Source of the DNA: Azolla caroliniana
Taxonomy: Eukaryota; Plantae; Polypodiophyta
Direction: 5' to 3'
Assembly: GCA_043228905.1 (NCBI GenBank)
Contig: JBHGNT010000003.1
Span: forward strand, 13,516,001 to 13,580,000
DNA: 64,000 nucleotides
Position 1 is the first letter of the stretch. Each line of letters starts with the position of its first letter. Below the pieces are notes generated by a model. That model worked only from the letters and a program-made list of their open reading frames with translations, made no database searches and was not told the origin of the DNA. The translations under genes were made by a program, and so were the position numbers. Shown here piece after piece: positions 1-11,163 of this stretch.

Positions 1-1980
1 ACGGATTTGCATTCCCTCATACCGAATTTGAAGAGCATACTCAACACATAATGGCACTAACTGATTAGTATGCCTTTTGGGGTGCGGATCACTTCGATCC
101 CAAGGAAGTAATGAAGGTCTCCTAGATCCTTCATCTCAAACGATGCCGCGAGTTGGGATTTGATGCGGTCGATTTCGTCCAGGTCAGTCCCGGTGATGAC
201 AAAATCATCCACATAGAGAAATATGCTCACCGGCCCGTTCCGACCTTGCCGAATGAAAAGTGAAGAGTCTGGTTTCGACGGAGCAAACCCCATCCAACGC
301 AGTCATTGCGTGATCTTCCCCTTCCAAGCACACCTGGCTTGCTTGAGTCCGTAGAGGGACTTCTTCAATTAACACACTGCCGATGTATTAATTCCGGACT
401 AAAATCCGGGGGGTTGAACCATAAACACTTGTTCCTCAAAATCACCTTGCAGGAACACGTTTTTCACATCCATTTGATGTAAATGACACCAATTCGCCAC
501 TGCCACCGCAAGCAGGACACGAACGGTCATCATCTTTGAGACCGGCGTGAACATCTCATTGTAGTCGATGTCATACTTATGCGCTTAGCCTTTTGCCACT
601 AATCGGGCCTTGTACCGGTTGATGGAGCCGTCGGTGTTGTATTTGGCTTTGTATACCCAATGAAAACCGATCGGCTTCACTCCTTTCGGTATGTCCACCA
701 AATCCCACATCTCGTTTTCCGTGAATACGTGCATCTCTTCCTCCATAGCGGCACACCAATTTGCGTCTTTTTCCGCTTCTACGTAGCTCTGTGGCTCACG
801 CACTTCCTCCAACTTCGTCATGTACGCATAATGATGCACCATGTACTCATTATATCCATATCATTTTACACGGTTCTTCTAGAGGGTGGATCGGCACAAC
901 TTCTGGTTCACCGATTTTGTGGACCTCTTGGCCGACTCAGACTTCTCTTCTGAAGGTCCATCTCTATTTTGTCTGAAGTCAGATTTGGTCTGATCCAACT
1001 CATCTCTATCGGTGTCATACTCTGGCATCTTCTTCTTCCCCATCTTTGGCGGTGCGGTGTCTTACTCCAACATCTTCTTCTTCCCCTTCTCTTTGCGCAT
1101 GAATCGTCTCCTCGGTTCCTTGCGTGGGGAAAGCACGATTGAGTCTTCACTACTCACCGGCTCATCATCCGGTTGACCACTCCGACTCAACCAGTCCAGA
1201 TTCGATCCACTCATCTGCAGAAAAGTCTGTCTATCCGCCTGTTCAAATTCTACGACTCTTCTCTCTATTCCGGATTCCACCAGATCATCTACATCAATCG
1301 GCTCGGGTTTGGGTGGAGAGAAATACCAGGATGCCAATTCATCAAAAATGACATCTCGGCTAACTTAGATCACTTTCAATCGGGGGTTATAACACGTATA
1401 ACCCTTTTGTTCATCTGAGTAACCGACGAGAATGCATTTTTCCGCTTTCGTGTCTAACTTCCTCTGTTTTTCCTTCAGCACATGCACATATGCAATGTTA
1501 CCGAACAACCGAAGGTGTGCTAAATTCAGCTTCCACTCGAAGTACATCTTGTGCGGCGACACCTTTGTAACTGAGGCCGATATTCGATTTTGGATGTAGA
1601 AGGCTGTCCAAATTGCTTTGACTTAATAAAACTTGGGCATGCTTTTCTCCTCAAGCATCGCCCTTGCTACTTCTATCAGTGTCCTGGTCCGACGCTCGAC
1701 CATGCCGTTCTGCTCTGGCATGTATCTGCAAGAGAATTCCCGTCGAATTCCCTTCATCTGCAAATAACTCGTGAACTGGCCGGAAAAGTACTCTTTTCCG
1801 CCATCCGATCTCAGACACTTGATCTTTTTTTCAGTCTCGCGTTCGACAAGGTTCTTCAAATCCTGGAAGCACGAGAAGACCTCACTTTTCTTCTCTATTA
1901 GATAGATCCAATTGTGCCGGGTGAAATCGTCGATGAAGGAGACAAAATACCAACTCCCACTGATGCTCACGTTTTGTGTC
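1..1980 (-). mobile_element. Degenerate Ty1/copia internal region (integrase + RT), family B, truncated at both ends
   Basis: ORF fragments with copia motifs: FIDDFTRH...CLRSDGGKEY...EQNG (integrase, 1623-1970), KCILVGYS (1365-1562), WVYKAKYNTDGSINRYKARLVAKG (585-842), LYVDD and MKDLGDLHYFLGIEV (57-293). Many stops. Closely similar to the 52171-60349 element. Confidence 0.93.
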
Positions 1981-4900
1981 GGTCCCTCCAGATGGGATAT
2001 GTGTACCCGGCAAGGAAGACCCGGTGAGAACCGGATGATGAGTACCCGGTGAGAACCGGATGGCGCATGCCCGATGAGAACCTCTCACCGGATGAAGGGA
2101 CATATATGTAGATATGTCTCTGTTAGCCCATTGTGGCGGCTACATTTGTAAATAGCCCGAAAGTCATATTAGTATAAATATGACCTAGAGCAAACAGAGA
2201 ATGTGGTTGTTGCATTTTTCGGTGTAACTATTGTATAGAGCGTAACAGAGAGAGACAGAGAGACCTTGAACAGTCTCTGTTGTAACCGCCTGTTGGCGAA
2301 GATTGAGAGCACGAGGTCATTGCCTCTGTGACTCATTACTGTTGTATCCTTCTTACATAGTGATAGTTTGGAGTCTGTGGGCTCCTATGGTTTTTCCCCA
2401 TTTAAGGTTTTCCACGGAAACATACTATGTACTTTCTCTTACTCTATTGTTTGTGTATACCTGTCTTACTTCCTATTCCCATCTTTCTGTGGTTGATCCT
2501 AAGACTCGGTTGTGACCGAGCAATATTCCGCATATTCACGACAATCTGGTATCAGAGTGAAACGATACAGAAAATGGAAGATTCATTTGGCGGCATGTTC
2601 AAGCATACCGACTCCAACTATTTGGTGTGGAAGTCGAAGATGAGGGACATGCTCGTGATTAAAGATCTTTGGTTTCCGTTTCAGTTCGGGGACAAGAGAC
2701 CGGAAAAGATCGATGCCACGATATGGGAGGTGATGCACATGAAGACAACGGCGTACATACGGTGCTTCATTGACATGAACCTATACAACAACTTTAATGA
2801 GGAGAGTAAGACTCGTGAGCTCTAGGAGAAGATCAACATTATGTTTCAGAACAAAAATGTTGTTAATCGGGTTTTGGTATTCCAGAAACTAGTGCGACTC
2901 CGGTACCAAGATGGCTCCAGCATGGCAGAGCACATGAATTCCTTCCAAGGGCTGATTCACGAGGAAACATCATTGGAAGTACCTCTCGCCGATGAGGTAC
3001 TAGCATTACTCCTGCTCGGTTGCCTCTCGGATAGCTGGGAGACGTTAGTTGTCACTTTGGGCAACACCAGGCCAGAAGGAAAACAGTTGTCCCTAGCAAG
3101 AGTCAAGTCGAGCTTGCTAGATGAGGAGGCGCGTCAAAAAGACAAAGAGGTGATCTCCGACTCCAAAGCACTCCTTACCGAATCGGAACGCGGAAGACAA
3201 AGGAACCGTAGTCCCCAGAACCGGGGAAAGTCGGGGACACGGTCAATGTCAAGGGGGGGGCCTACATGCTTCTTTTGCGGCAAGCCGGGACACTTCTACT
3301 TGCTTCTATTGAGAAGAACTATCGGCATTTCCGAAAAGACAAGGAAACCGACAGTACCGATTTGAAGCGATCACCGGACTAGAACGGTAAAGACCGGAGG
3401 GGACCGGACTGGAAGGGAACGACAACAATCGCGGCAAATGAAGAAGAGTCGATGCTCATCACCGAGAAGAGTGAGTTGTGCCTTGCCGGCGACGAGACAA
3501 TGTGGGTTGTCGATTCCGGAGCGTCGTTCCACCTTACCCCGGACCGGAAATGCTTCTCATCCTACACATCCGGTGAGTACGGCTGTGTCCAGATGGGGAA
3601 TGAAGGTATATGCCAAATTGTCAGCATAGGAGACGTGTGGTTGACAACACCAACCGGATGCAAGCTCCTGCTAAAGGATGTCCAACACGTTTTGGAGGTT
3701 CGACTGAACCTAATATCAGCCGGTCGGCTAGATGATGAAGGCTACACGAGTAGCATCCAGAACGGAGTCATGAGGTTCAGCAAAGGGAGCCTAATAGTGG
3801 CTCGGGCCCAGAAAGTCAACACTCTGTACCTAATGAATGCCCAGTTATGCCCGGAAGAAGTGAACGTGGCATCCGACAATGCCGGTGAGCTGTGACACAA
3901 TGGCGGTTCAAGAAGATAACGGAGGAGAATACCGGGGGCAGTTCGAAGAGTACTGCCGCTCAAAGGGAATCCGGCTCAAATTTACCATGCCGAAGATGCC
4001 GGAACTTAATGGGTTGGCCGAGAGGATGAACCAGACCATAATGGAGAGGGTCCAGAGTATGCTAGCACATGCCAAGTTACCGAAGACGTTTTGGGCTGAG
4101 GTGCTGACGACAGCGACGTACGTGATAAACAGATCACCCTCAGTGCCCTTGGACGGAGACACGCCGCAGAGAGTGTGGACCGGTAAGGAAGTGTCTTACC
4201 GGCATCTGAAGGTGTTCGGGTGTCTCGCTTACATGCATATTGCAAAGGACCAGAGAGCAAAGTTGGATCCAAAGTCCCGGCCTTGCATATTCCTTGGATA
4301 CGGCAATGATGAGTTCGGTTACCGAGTGTGGGACCCCGTTGACAAGAAGGTGTTCTGGAGTCAAGATATTATCTTCATGGAGGACAAGACCCTTGCCGAC
4401 TGGGAGTCGGAGAAGAAGATAATGAATTCTGAGTCGACCGGTAAGGATCGGTTCGATGAGATACAGACTTACCCGGCAAAGAGCCAGTTAACACTCGAAG
4501 AACTGGTTGGTTACGGAGAGGACACCAAACCGGTAGAAGAAGAAGAGGAAGCAGGAACCGGAACCGGCCAAGATCCCGAATCAGATTCGAATGAAGAACA
4601 ATCAGAGGAGCTAGTTGCCGAAAACCAAGGATGCAGATATCCTCTCAAAGAGAGAAAGGCCCTCCGGAGATTTCCAGATCCAGAGCATGTATTGCTAACT
4701 GATGAGGGGGTGCCGAAAAGCTTCAAAGAAGCTAAGAGAGACACCCACAACCGCAAGTGGTTGAGTGCCATGCAGGACGAGATGGATTCCTGGCATGAGA
4801 ACCACACGTATGAATTGGTGGAGTTTCCGAAAGGAAAGAGGGCACTCCGAAACAAGTGGGTGTACAAGCTAAAACCAGGAGATGCCAGCAACGCCCCAAG

Positions 4901-6533
4901 ATACAAAGCTAGGATCGTGGTGAAGGGGTTCCAGCAGAAGAAGGGCGTGCACTTCGACTAGATATTTGCCCCGGTAGTAAAGATGACTTCCATCCGAACG
5001 GTACTGAGCATAGCGGCAAACATGGACCTCGAGGTAGAGTAGTTAGACGTGAAGACGGCGTTCCTCTACGGCGACCTTGAAGAGGAGATCTACATGCAGC
5101 AACCAGAGGGATTTGTGAAGAAAGGGAAGGAGCACCTAGTTTGCCGGTTGAAGAAGAGCCTCTACGGTTTGAAGCAAGCTCCCCGGCAATGGTACCGGAA
5201 GTTCGACTCCTTCATGACCGATCAAGGGTACCACTAGACACAGGCCGATCATTGCGTATTTGTGAAGAAGTTCAAAGGTGGAGACTTCCTGATACTCCTC
5301 CTGTACGTGGATGACATGTTGATCGTCGGACGAGACCAAGTCAAGATACGAATGCTGAAGAAGGCTCTGAACCGGACTTTCTCAATGAAAGACTTGGGTT
5401 TGGCAAGACAGATAGTGGGGATGCATATCATCCGAGACTGGTCAAAGAAGAAATTGTGCCTATCACAGGAGAAGTACGTGACAAAGGTGCTTCAGCGGTT
5501 CAACATGTCGTCAAACTGCAAGTTATCTGGTAAGCAAAGCCCGAAGACGAAGGCAGAGAAGACGGATATGATGAAGATACCATATGCCTCTGCCGTTGGG
5601 AGTTTAATGTATGCAATGGTGTGTACCCGACCGGATATCAGATACATAGTCGGAGTGGTGAGCCAGTTTATGAGAAATCCCGGCAAGGAGCACTGGAATG
5701 TGGTAAAATGGATACTCCGGTACTTGAAAGGCACCTCAAGTATGTGTCTTCGATTCGGCTCCGGTAAACCCCAACTTGACAGTTTTACCAATTTGGATAT
5801 GTCGGCTGATGCGGATACCAACCGGTCAACATCGGGATATGTTATGACATATGCATGGGGAGCTGTTTCGTGGTAGTTGAGGTTGCAGAAGACGGTTGCG
5901 TTGTAAACCACGAAGGTGGAGTACATGGCGGTTGTGGAAGCCGACAAGGAAATACTGTGGATGAAGGACTTCATCGGAGAGCTAGGGATCCGGCAAGAGG
6001 AATATTGGCTCTACTACGACAGTCAGAGTGCCATCCACCTTGCCAAGAATGTTGCCTATCATTCCAGGATGAAGCACATCCAGCGGAGGTACCACTGGAT
6101 CCGGGAGCGAGTGGAAGATTGAGAGTTCATGTTGATGAAGATCCACACGGAGGAGAACGGGTCAGATATGCTAACCAAAGTGCTGACACCCGACAAGCTA
6201 GATGCATGCAGGAAGAGGATCAGATTGACGAGGCATCCCATGCCGGAGTGAAGGGGGAGTTTGTTAGGATTTTGGTCCCTCCGGATGGGATATGTGTACC
6301 CGGCAAAGAAGACCCAGTGAGAACTAGATGATGAGTACCCGATGAGAACTAGATGACGCAGGCCCGGTGAGAACCTCTCACCAGATGAAGGAACATATAT
6401 GTAAATATGTCCCTGTTAGCCCATTGTGGCTACATTTGTAAATAGCTCAAAAGTCATATTAGTATAAATATGACCTAGGGCAAACAAAGTATGTGGTTGT
6501 TGCATTTTTGGGTGTAGTTACTGTACAGAGTGT

Positions 6534-6570
<37 letters not shown>

Positions 6571-6847
6571 TGAACAATCTCTGTTGTAACCGCCTGTTGG
6601 CGAAGATTGAGAGCACAAGGTTGTTGCCTCTGTGACTCATTATTGTTGTATCCTTCTTACATAGTGATAGTTTGGAGTCTGTGGGCTCCCGTGGTTTTTC
6701 CCCATTTAGGGTTTTCCACGAAAACATACTGTGTACTTTCTCTTGCTCTATTGTTTGTGTATACGTGTCTTACTTCCTATTCCCATATTTTTGTGGTTGA
6801 TCCTAAGACTCGGTTGTGGCCAAGCAATAATCCACATATTCACAACA
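1981..6847 (+). mobile_element. Ty1/copia LTR retrotransposon (Tork/Tnt1-like), degenerate, with an internal deletion
   Basis: 5' LTR 1981-2543 (first ~12 nt missing), PBS TGGTATCAGAG 2547-2557, gag-pol fragments 2574-6251 (zinc knuckle CFFCGKPGH, VDSGAS protease, DNGGEY, LYVDD), PPT GAAGGGGGAG, 3' LTR 6262-6847 (TGTT...CA). LTRs visibly diverged. GAG-pre-integrase and integrase N-terminus deleted near 3900. Confidence 0.93.
6262..6847 (+). repeat. 3' LTR of the Tork-like copia element
   Basis: Follows the PPT, starts TGTTAG, ends CACAACA, and aligns with 1981-2543. Contains an (AG)n run. Confidence 0.9.
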
Positions 6848-9800
6848 TTTATCCCCTATGTATTGACTTGATAGTTGAATATTATAACATTTTTATCTCT
6901 TTCTCATCTTCTCTACCTTTTGTCTTAATTTCTTGAGCCTCCCTCTCTAATTCGTCGTTCCCTTGGTCATTATAATGTATTTTAATTCACAACTCTCTCT
7001 CATCGGCTTGGTCAAGCCCTCATATTCTGTACGACTATCCTTTGTCTTATACACCCTATCATTTTGGCGCTCCAGGGAGGGTTGATCCTTTCCGTATAGG
7101 AGGGAGGTCCTATTCTTCTTGGTGTTAGTGTGTTGTATTAGCTTTAGCAATGCAATTTGCATTTTTGGGTGAAAGAACACAAGATGCATGTGCGTTTTTG
7201 GCATCCTTTGAGCATCATGTCATCTCTATTGGACGCATAACCGACAATGAAAAGTTGCCCTTGTTGGTAGCTACATTCTATGGTCGAGCTCGAGATTGGT
7301 ATGACTCTCTTCCACCAAACGAACAAGGAGAATATCAATTGTTGGTGCATGAATTTCGTGCTAGATATATTCAATGGCGAAGTGCAACCGAAGGGAAGAA
7401 TTTTTTTGACTCAAGATGGAATCACCTTTTTGCTTCATTGAGTATGAAAGAAATTTCAAGGATTTGTGGACAACATGGATTCATCTTCGTGGTGGCACCG
7501 AAGACGAGTGGTTTAAGATAGAACAATTTAAGATGGGCCTTGACATGCATTTCCGTTTGGAGGTAATCTTGAAGAATCCAACAACTTTTCAAGCTCTTCT
7601 CCAAGTTTGTCAAGGTTAAGATCAGCAAGTGAAGATGATGAGTTACATGGGGTTTCCCCAAATGACGGCTTTGGGTGCAAACTTGATGCCTTGTGCCAAC
7701 CGTCAAATCTCATCTTCAATTGTGCATGTTGGACAAGTGTTTCCAAATGTGTATACTACCACAACAATAAACCCAACAAGTCTATCTCAAGAAGTGGAGC
7801 AAGTAAAGAGTGAACAAGGTACAATGGCCATCATTGGTGAATCGGCCCATTTGCAACAATCCCAAGCAATTCACAACATTATTCCCAATGGTGGTGGCTC
7901 TAGAGAACATCATGGTGTAATTTGTTATTCTTGTCAAGAGGAGGGACACATCTCAACAAGATGTCCTCATCGAGAACAAAGAGGTATGGGAAGAGGCATG
8001 TATCAAGTGCAGCAGAATGGTCAACGAGCTATCAACAATGGAGTCGAAGGAGGCGAAGCCATAACACTTCCTATGGCTCAGGTTCCTACAATTCCTCATA
8101 ATGTGAATCTTCTTAATTTTATTGATGATAGTGATAATGCTTGTGAAGTAGCTCCTATGAAAAGGACAAGAGCCTCGCAAAAGGAGAAAGAAGTTGAAGG
8201 AGAATCTAGTGTCTCAAGACAAAAGAAGAAGTCTAAGGAGAAATTGATAAGGAGACACTCTAGAAGGAGATCAAGATGGAGGGTATTCCTATGGGAGAAG
8301 GTGTAGAAGCTTTCAATCTGAAGCATGAATTGATATCAAGTGGACCAAGGATAACATGGCCACAACTTCTCCAATTATCTCCCACATTACGAAAGGAGTG
8401 GGGAAAGCTTGCAAGTATCCGCCAAAGTCGAGAGACCGTGCATTATGTAGGGGTCATGTGAGTAGAAGATCGAAAGGACATATGGCCAACCCTCCCCGTC
8501 TCCATCAAGGGGTTTCACATCAAAGATGCCTTGGTTGATAGTGGTGCTAGGGTAAGCTTGATTTCTGAATTTATTGTAAACAAAATGGGAATTCCTATTA
8601 GTAGGTCATCTTCAACAAGGGTGGTTGTAGCCAATGGTGGAGTGGCACATTGTATTAGCATAATGGAGGACGTGGTTATCGAGTGCATCAAACACTACAT
8701 CAAGTTGAAGGAAAGTATATCAATTTCCCCAAAACTTAGGCAATTGGGTGTTATACACAAGGAAGATCTTATACAAAAGTTCAAAACATTTTTGCAAGAA
8801 AGTTTCAATTATAAGATGGAGGATTTGAAGTGTGTGTCACCTATGGTTTTGGTTCCAAAGAAGAATGAGATCGATTTCGAACCCTTGAATGATTTGACCA
8901 AATGAGATCAAATTCACTTCCTTTCTGAGAGGAGATTATAGATCAAATGGTCATTTATACAAAACAAGGTAGTGTGGAGAATGTGTTGTGCCAAGAAGGA
9001 ATTCATGTGGATGAATCAAAGATCGACGTAATTCAAAAGATGACAATTCCAACAAGTCTTGAAGCTTTGAAGGTATTTGTGCAAAAGGTTCGCTCACTCG
9101 AAAGATTTATTCATATGTTGACATGCTTACTTCTATCAAGAGTTATGTATCCCATGGCCCTAATTGTGTTAGGAGAGTTGACAAAGATATAATAATTATG
9201 GAACCTCTTTCTTTGTGTTGACAATGAGAAATATGGTGGTGGCAATTGTCAATGTGTGTGTGTGTGTGTGTCTAGAAGTGTGAGATTTTTTTCCTACCGC
9301 TTAACGGGGGTTTTTTCTCACATAATAATTTGTTATATTTTTAGCATTTATACTCCTTCATTGTCTATAGCCTACCAAAAGGCGAAGGAGATTTTTTTTC
9401 TTTTTATCTTCGGCTCACCATAAATTTGTAGCTTTTTAAATCTCTAAATTTGGATCTTGAAGGAGGGAGATATGACGATTAGAAGGTCTCTGTGTCATAG
9501 CTAAAAATAGGAGATAAAAAACTTCTAAAAAGCGTGAAAGAATGAGGAAAGAGAAAGAATAAGAAGATTATAAAAGGGCAGGAGAAGATTATAAGAAGTG
9601 AGATGGAGGTTAAGGAAGGGGGAAGTGATACCTTAATAATAAGAGAGGGAGTCTTAGTAGAGGAGGAGAGGTCTTAGTAGTGGAAAGAAGGACGCATAGT
9701 CGAATGAAGAAAGTGATTAAGGTAGAATAGTGAAAGACATTTGTAGGTTTGAATGATTAGAAGTAAGAAGTTCTTTGGTTTTTTAGTTCAATTTGGAGTT

Positions 9801-10304
9801 TATCCCCTTTGTATTGACTTGATGGTGGAATATTATAACATTCTTATCTCTTTCTCATCTTCTCTACCTTTTGTCTTAATTTCTTGAGTCTCCCTCTCTA
9901 ATTTGTAGTTACCTTGATCTATAAAAAGTTCCATAGTACGTAAAATTCGTGTTCGTCTAGCATAACATTCATTTCCTACGTTGGAAAACGAATGTGAATG
10001 TTATTCAAACATTCTTGAGGTTTTTCTTTGTTTTTTCCCATTTTTTTAATGTTTTTTTTTTCATTTTTTAGGCTTATTTACCTCATAATAAATCGTTAGT
10101 CCAAAAGTATGGTATTTGTCATTCTTTGAGGGTGTTTTTCTTACGCGAATGATTGAACCATTCACGAATGTGTATGCATGTATGGTGCGTATGGTTCATA
10201 CTATGATAAAAACTATTATAATTCACAACTCCATCTAATCGGTTTGATCAAGCCCTCATATTGTGTACTATGTACGACTATCATCTATCAAATACACCCT
10301 ATCA
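6848..10304 (+). mobile_element. Ty3/gypsy-type element, non-autonomous (gag + protease + RT remnants; most of pol deleted)
   Basis: Partial 5' LTR 6848-7061 matches parts of the 3' LTR 9473-10304 (both end TACACCCTATCA). PBS TGGCGCTCCAGGGAGGG at 7065. Gag with CYSCQEEGHISTRC knuckle, LVDSGA protease (8531), RT start VSPMVLVPKK. PPT GAAGGAGGGAGA at 9459-9470. Confidence 0.8.
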
Positions 10305-10394
10305 CATACGAGCGACTGACACTTACTCCCAAAAATATGCCTACATAGTAGGCTAGATTCGTACACCACTAACGGCCTACCGGTTACAATCCGG
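10305..10394 (-). repeat. Fragment of a copia family-B LTR
   Basis: Reverse complement (GGTAGGCCGTTAG...TTTTGGGAGTAAGTGTCAGT) resembles LTR segments at ~18303-18370 and ~60085-60100. Confidence 0.55.
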
Positions 10395-10524
10395 TGTCGC
10401 GTTGTTACGCGCGTGCGTGGAGAAAGGCGGGACCACGGGGGTCTTGGACTAGGGAGTGATGGAGCGTAGGAAGTCGTGTTTCACCGTCTCCGGGGCATCC
10501 CAGAAGCACACCGGAAGCAACCGA

Positions 10525-10555
<31 letters not shown>

Positions 10556-10665
10556 TTAACACCGACTCACGCACACACACCTACACACACACACAGGCCA
10601 ACCCGACTCAGTGTCATGATAACAGTCACATCATGCATGGAAAGGATCATGACACTCACTCGAAA

Positions 10666-10720
10666 GGATTTGAACCCACGACCTTGTTGTACACATGTCA
10701 AATCCTTAACCATTGTATTA
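10666..10720 (-). promoter_or_regulatory. tRNA-like Pol III A-box/B-box cassette in U3 of the chromovirus LTR (second copy 14721-14775)
   Basis: rc reads TAATACAATGG-...-AGGTCGTG-GGTTCAAATCC, with 44 nt from A-box start to B-box start as in tRNA genes. Confidence 0.55.
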
Positions 10721-11163
10721 ATATTCTTATATGTATAGTCTCTAGAATATGAAATCTAATATCATAGGAATATTCTATATTACTCTACATTCTAGAATGA
10801 CCTAGAATATTCTAGAGTGTTCTATACCACTAGAACCTTCTAGTATACTCTAGAGATCTTCTAGATTACTCTACATTCTAGGATAACCTAGAATATTCTA
10901 GAGTGTTCTCTATTACTTATAAATAGGGATCTACCACCTATCCCAAACCTAAATTGGTTCAATGCCATTTTGTAGCCTACTCTTTGTAATCCATTTTACG
11001 CTTCAATATAATAATTCTCTTTCAATTATCTCTCTATCTCTTTTTCTCTCTCTTTCTCTCTCTCAGTCTTGACAGTTTGAACCAATTTTTTTTCCTTTCA
11101 TCTCTTCGTCTTCCACAAACCCTAACAAGTTCTCTTCTTCCTTCTCCTCTCCCCTCGTAAGCT

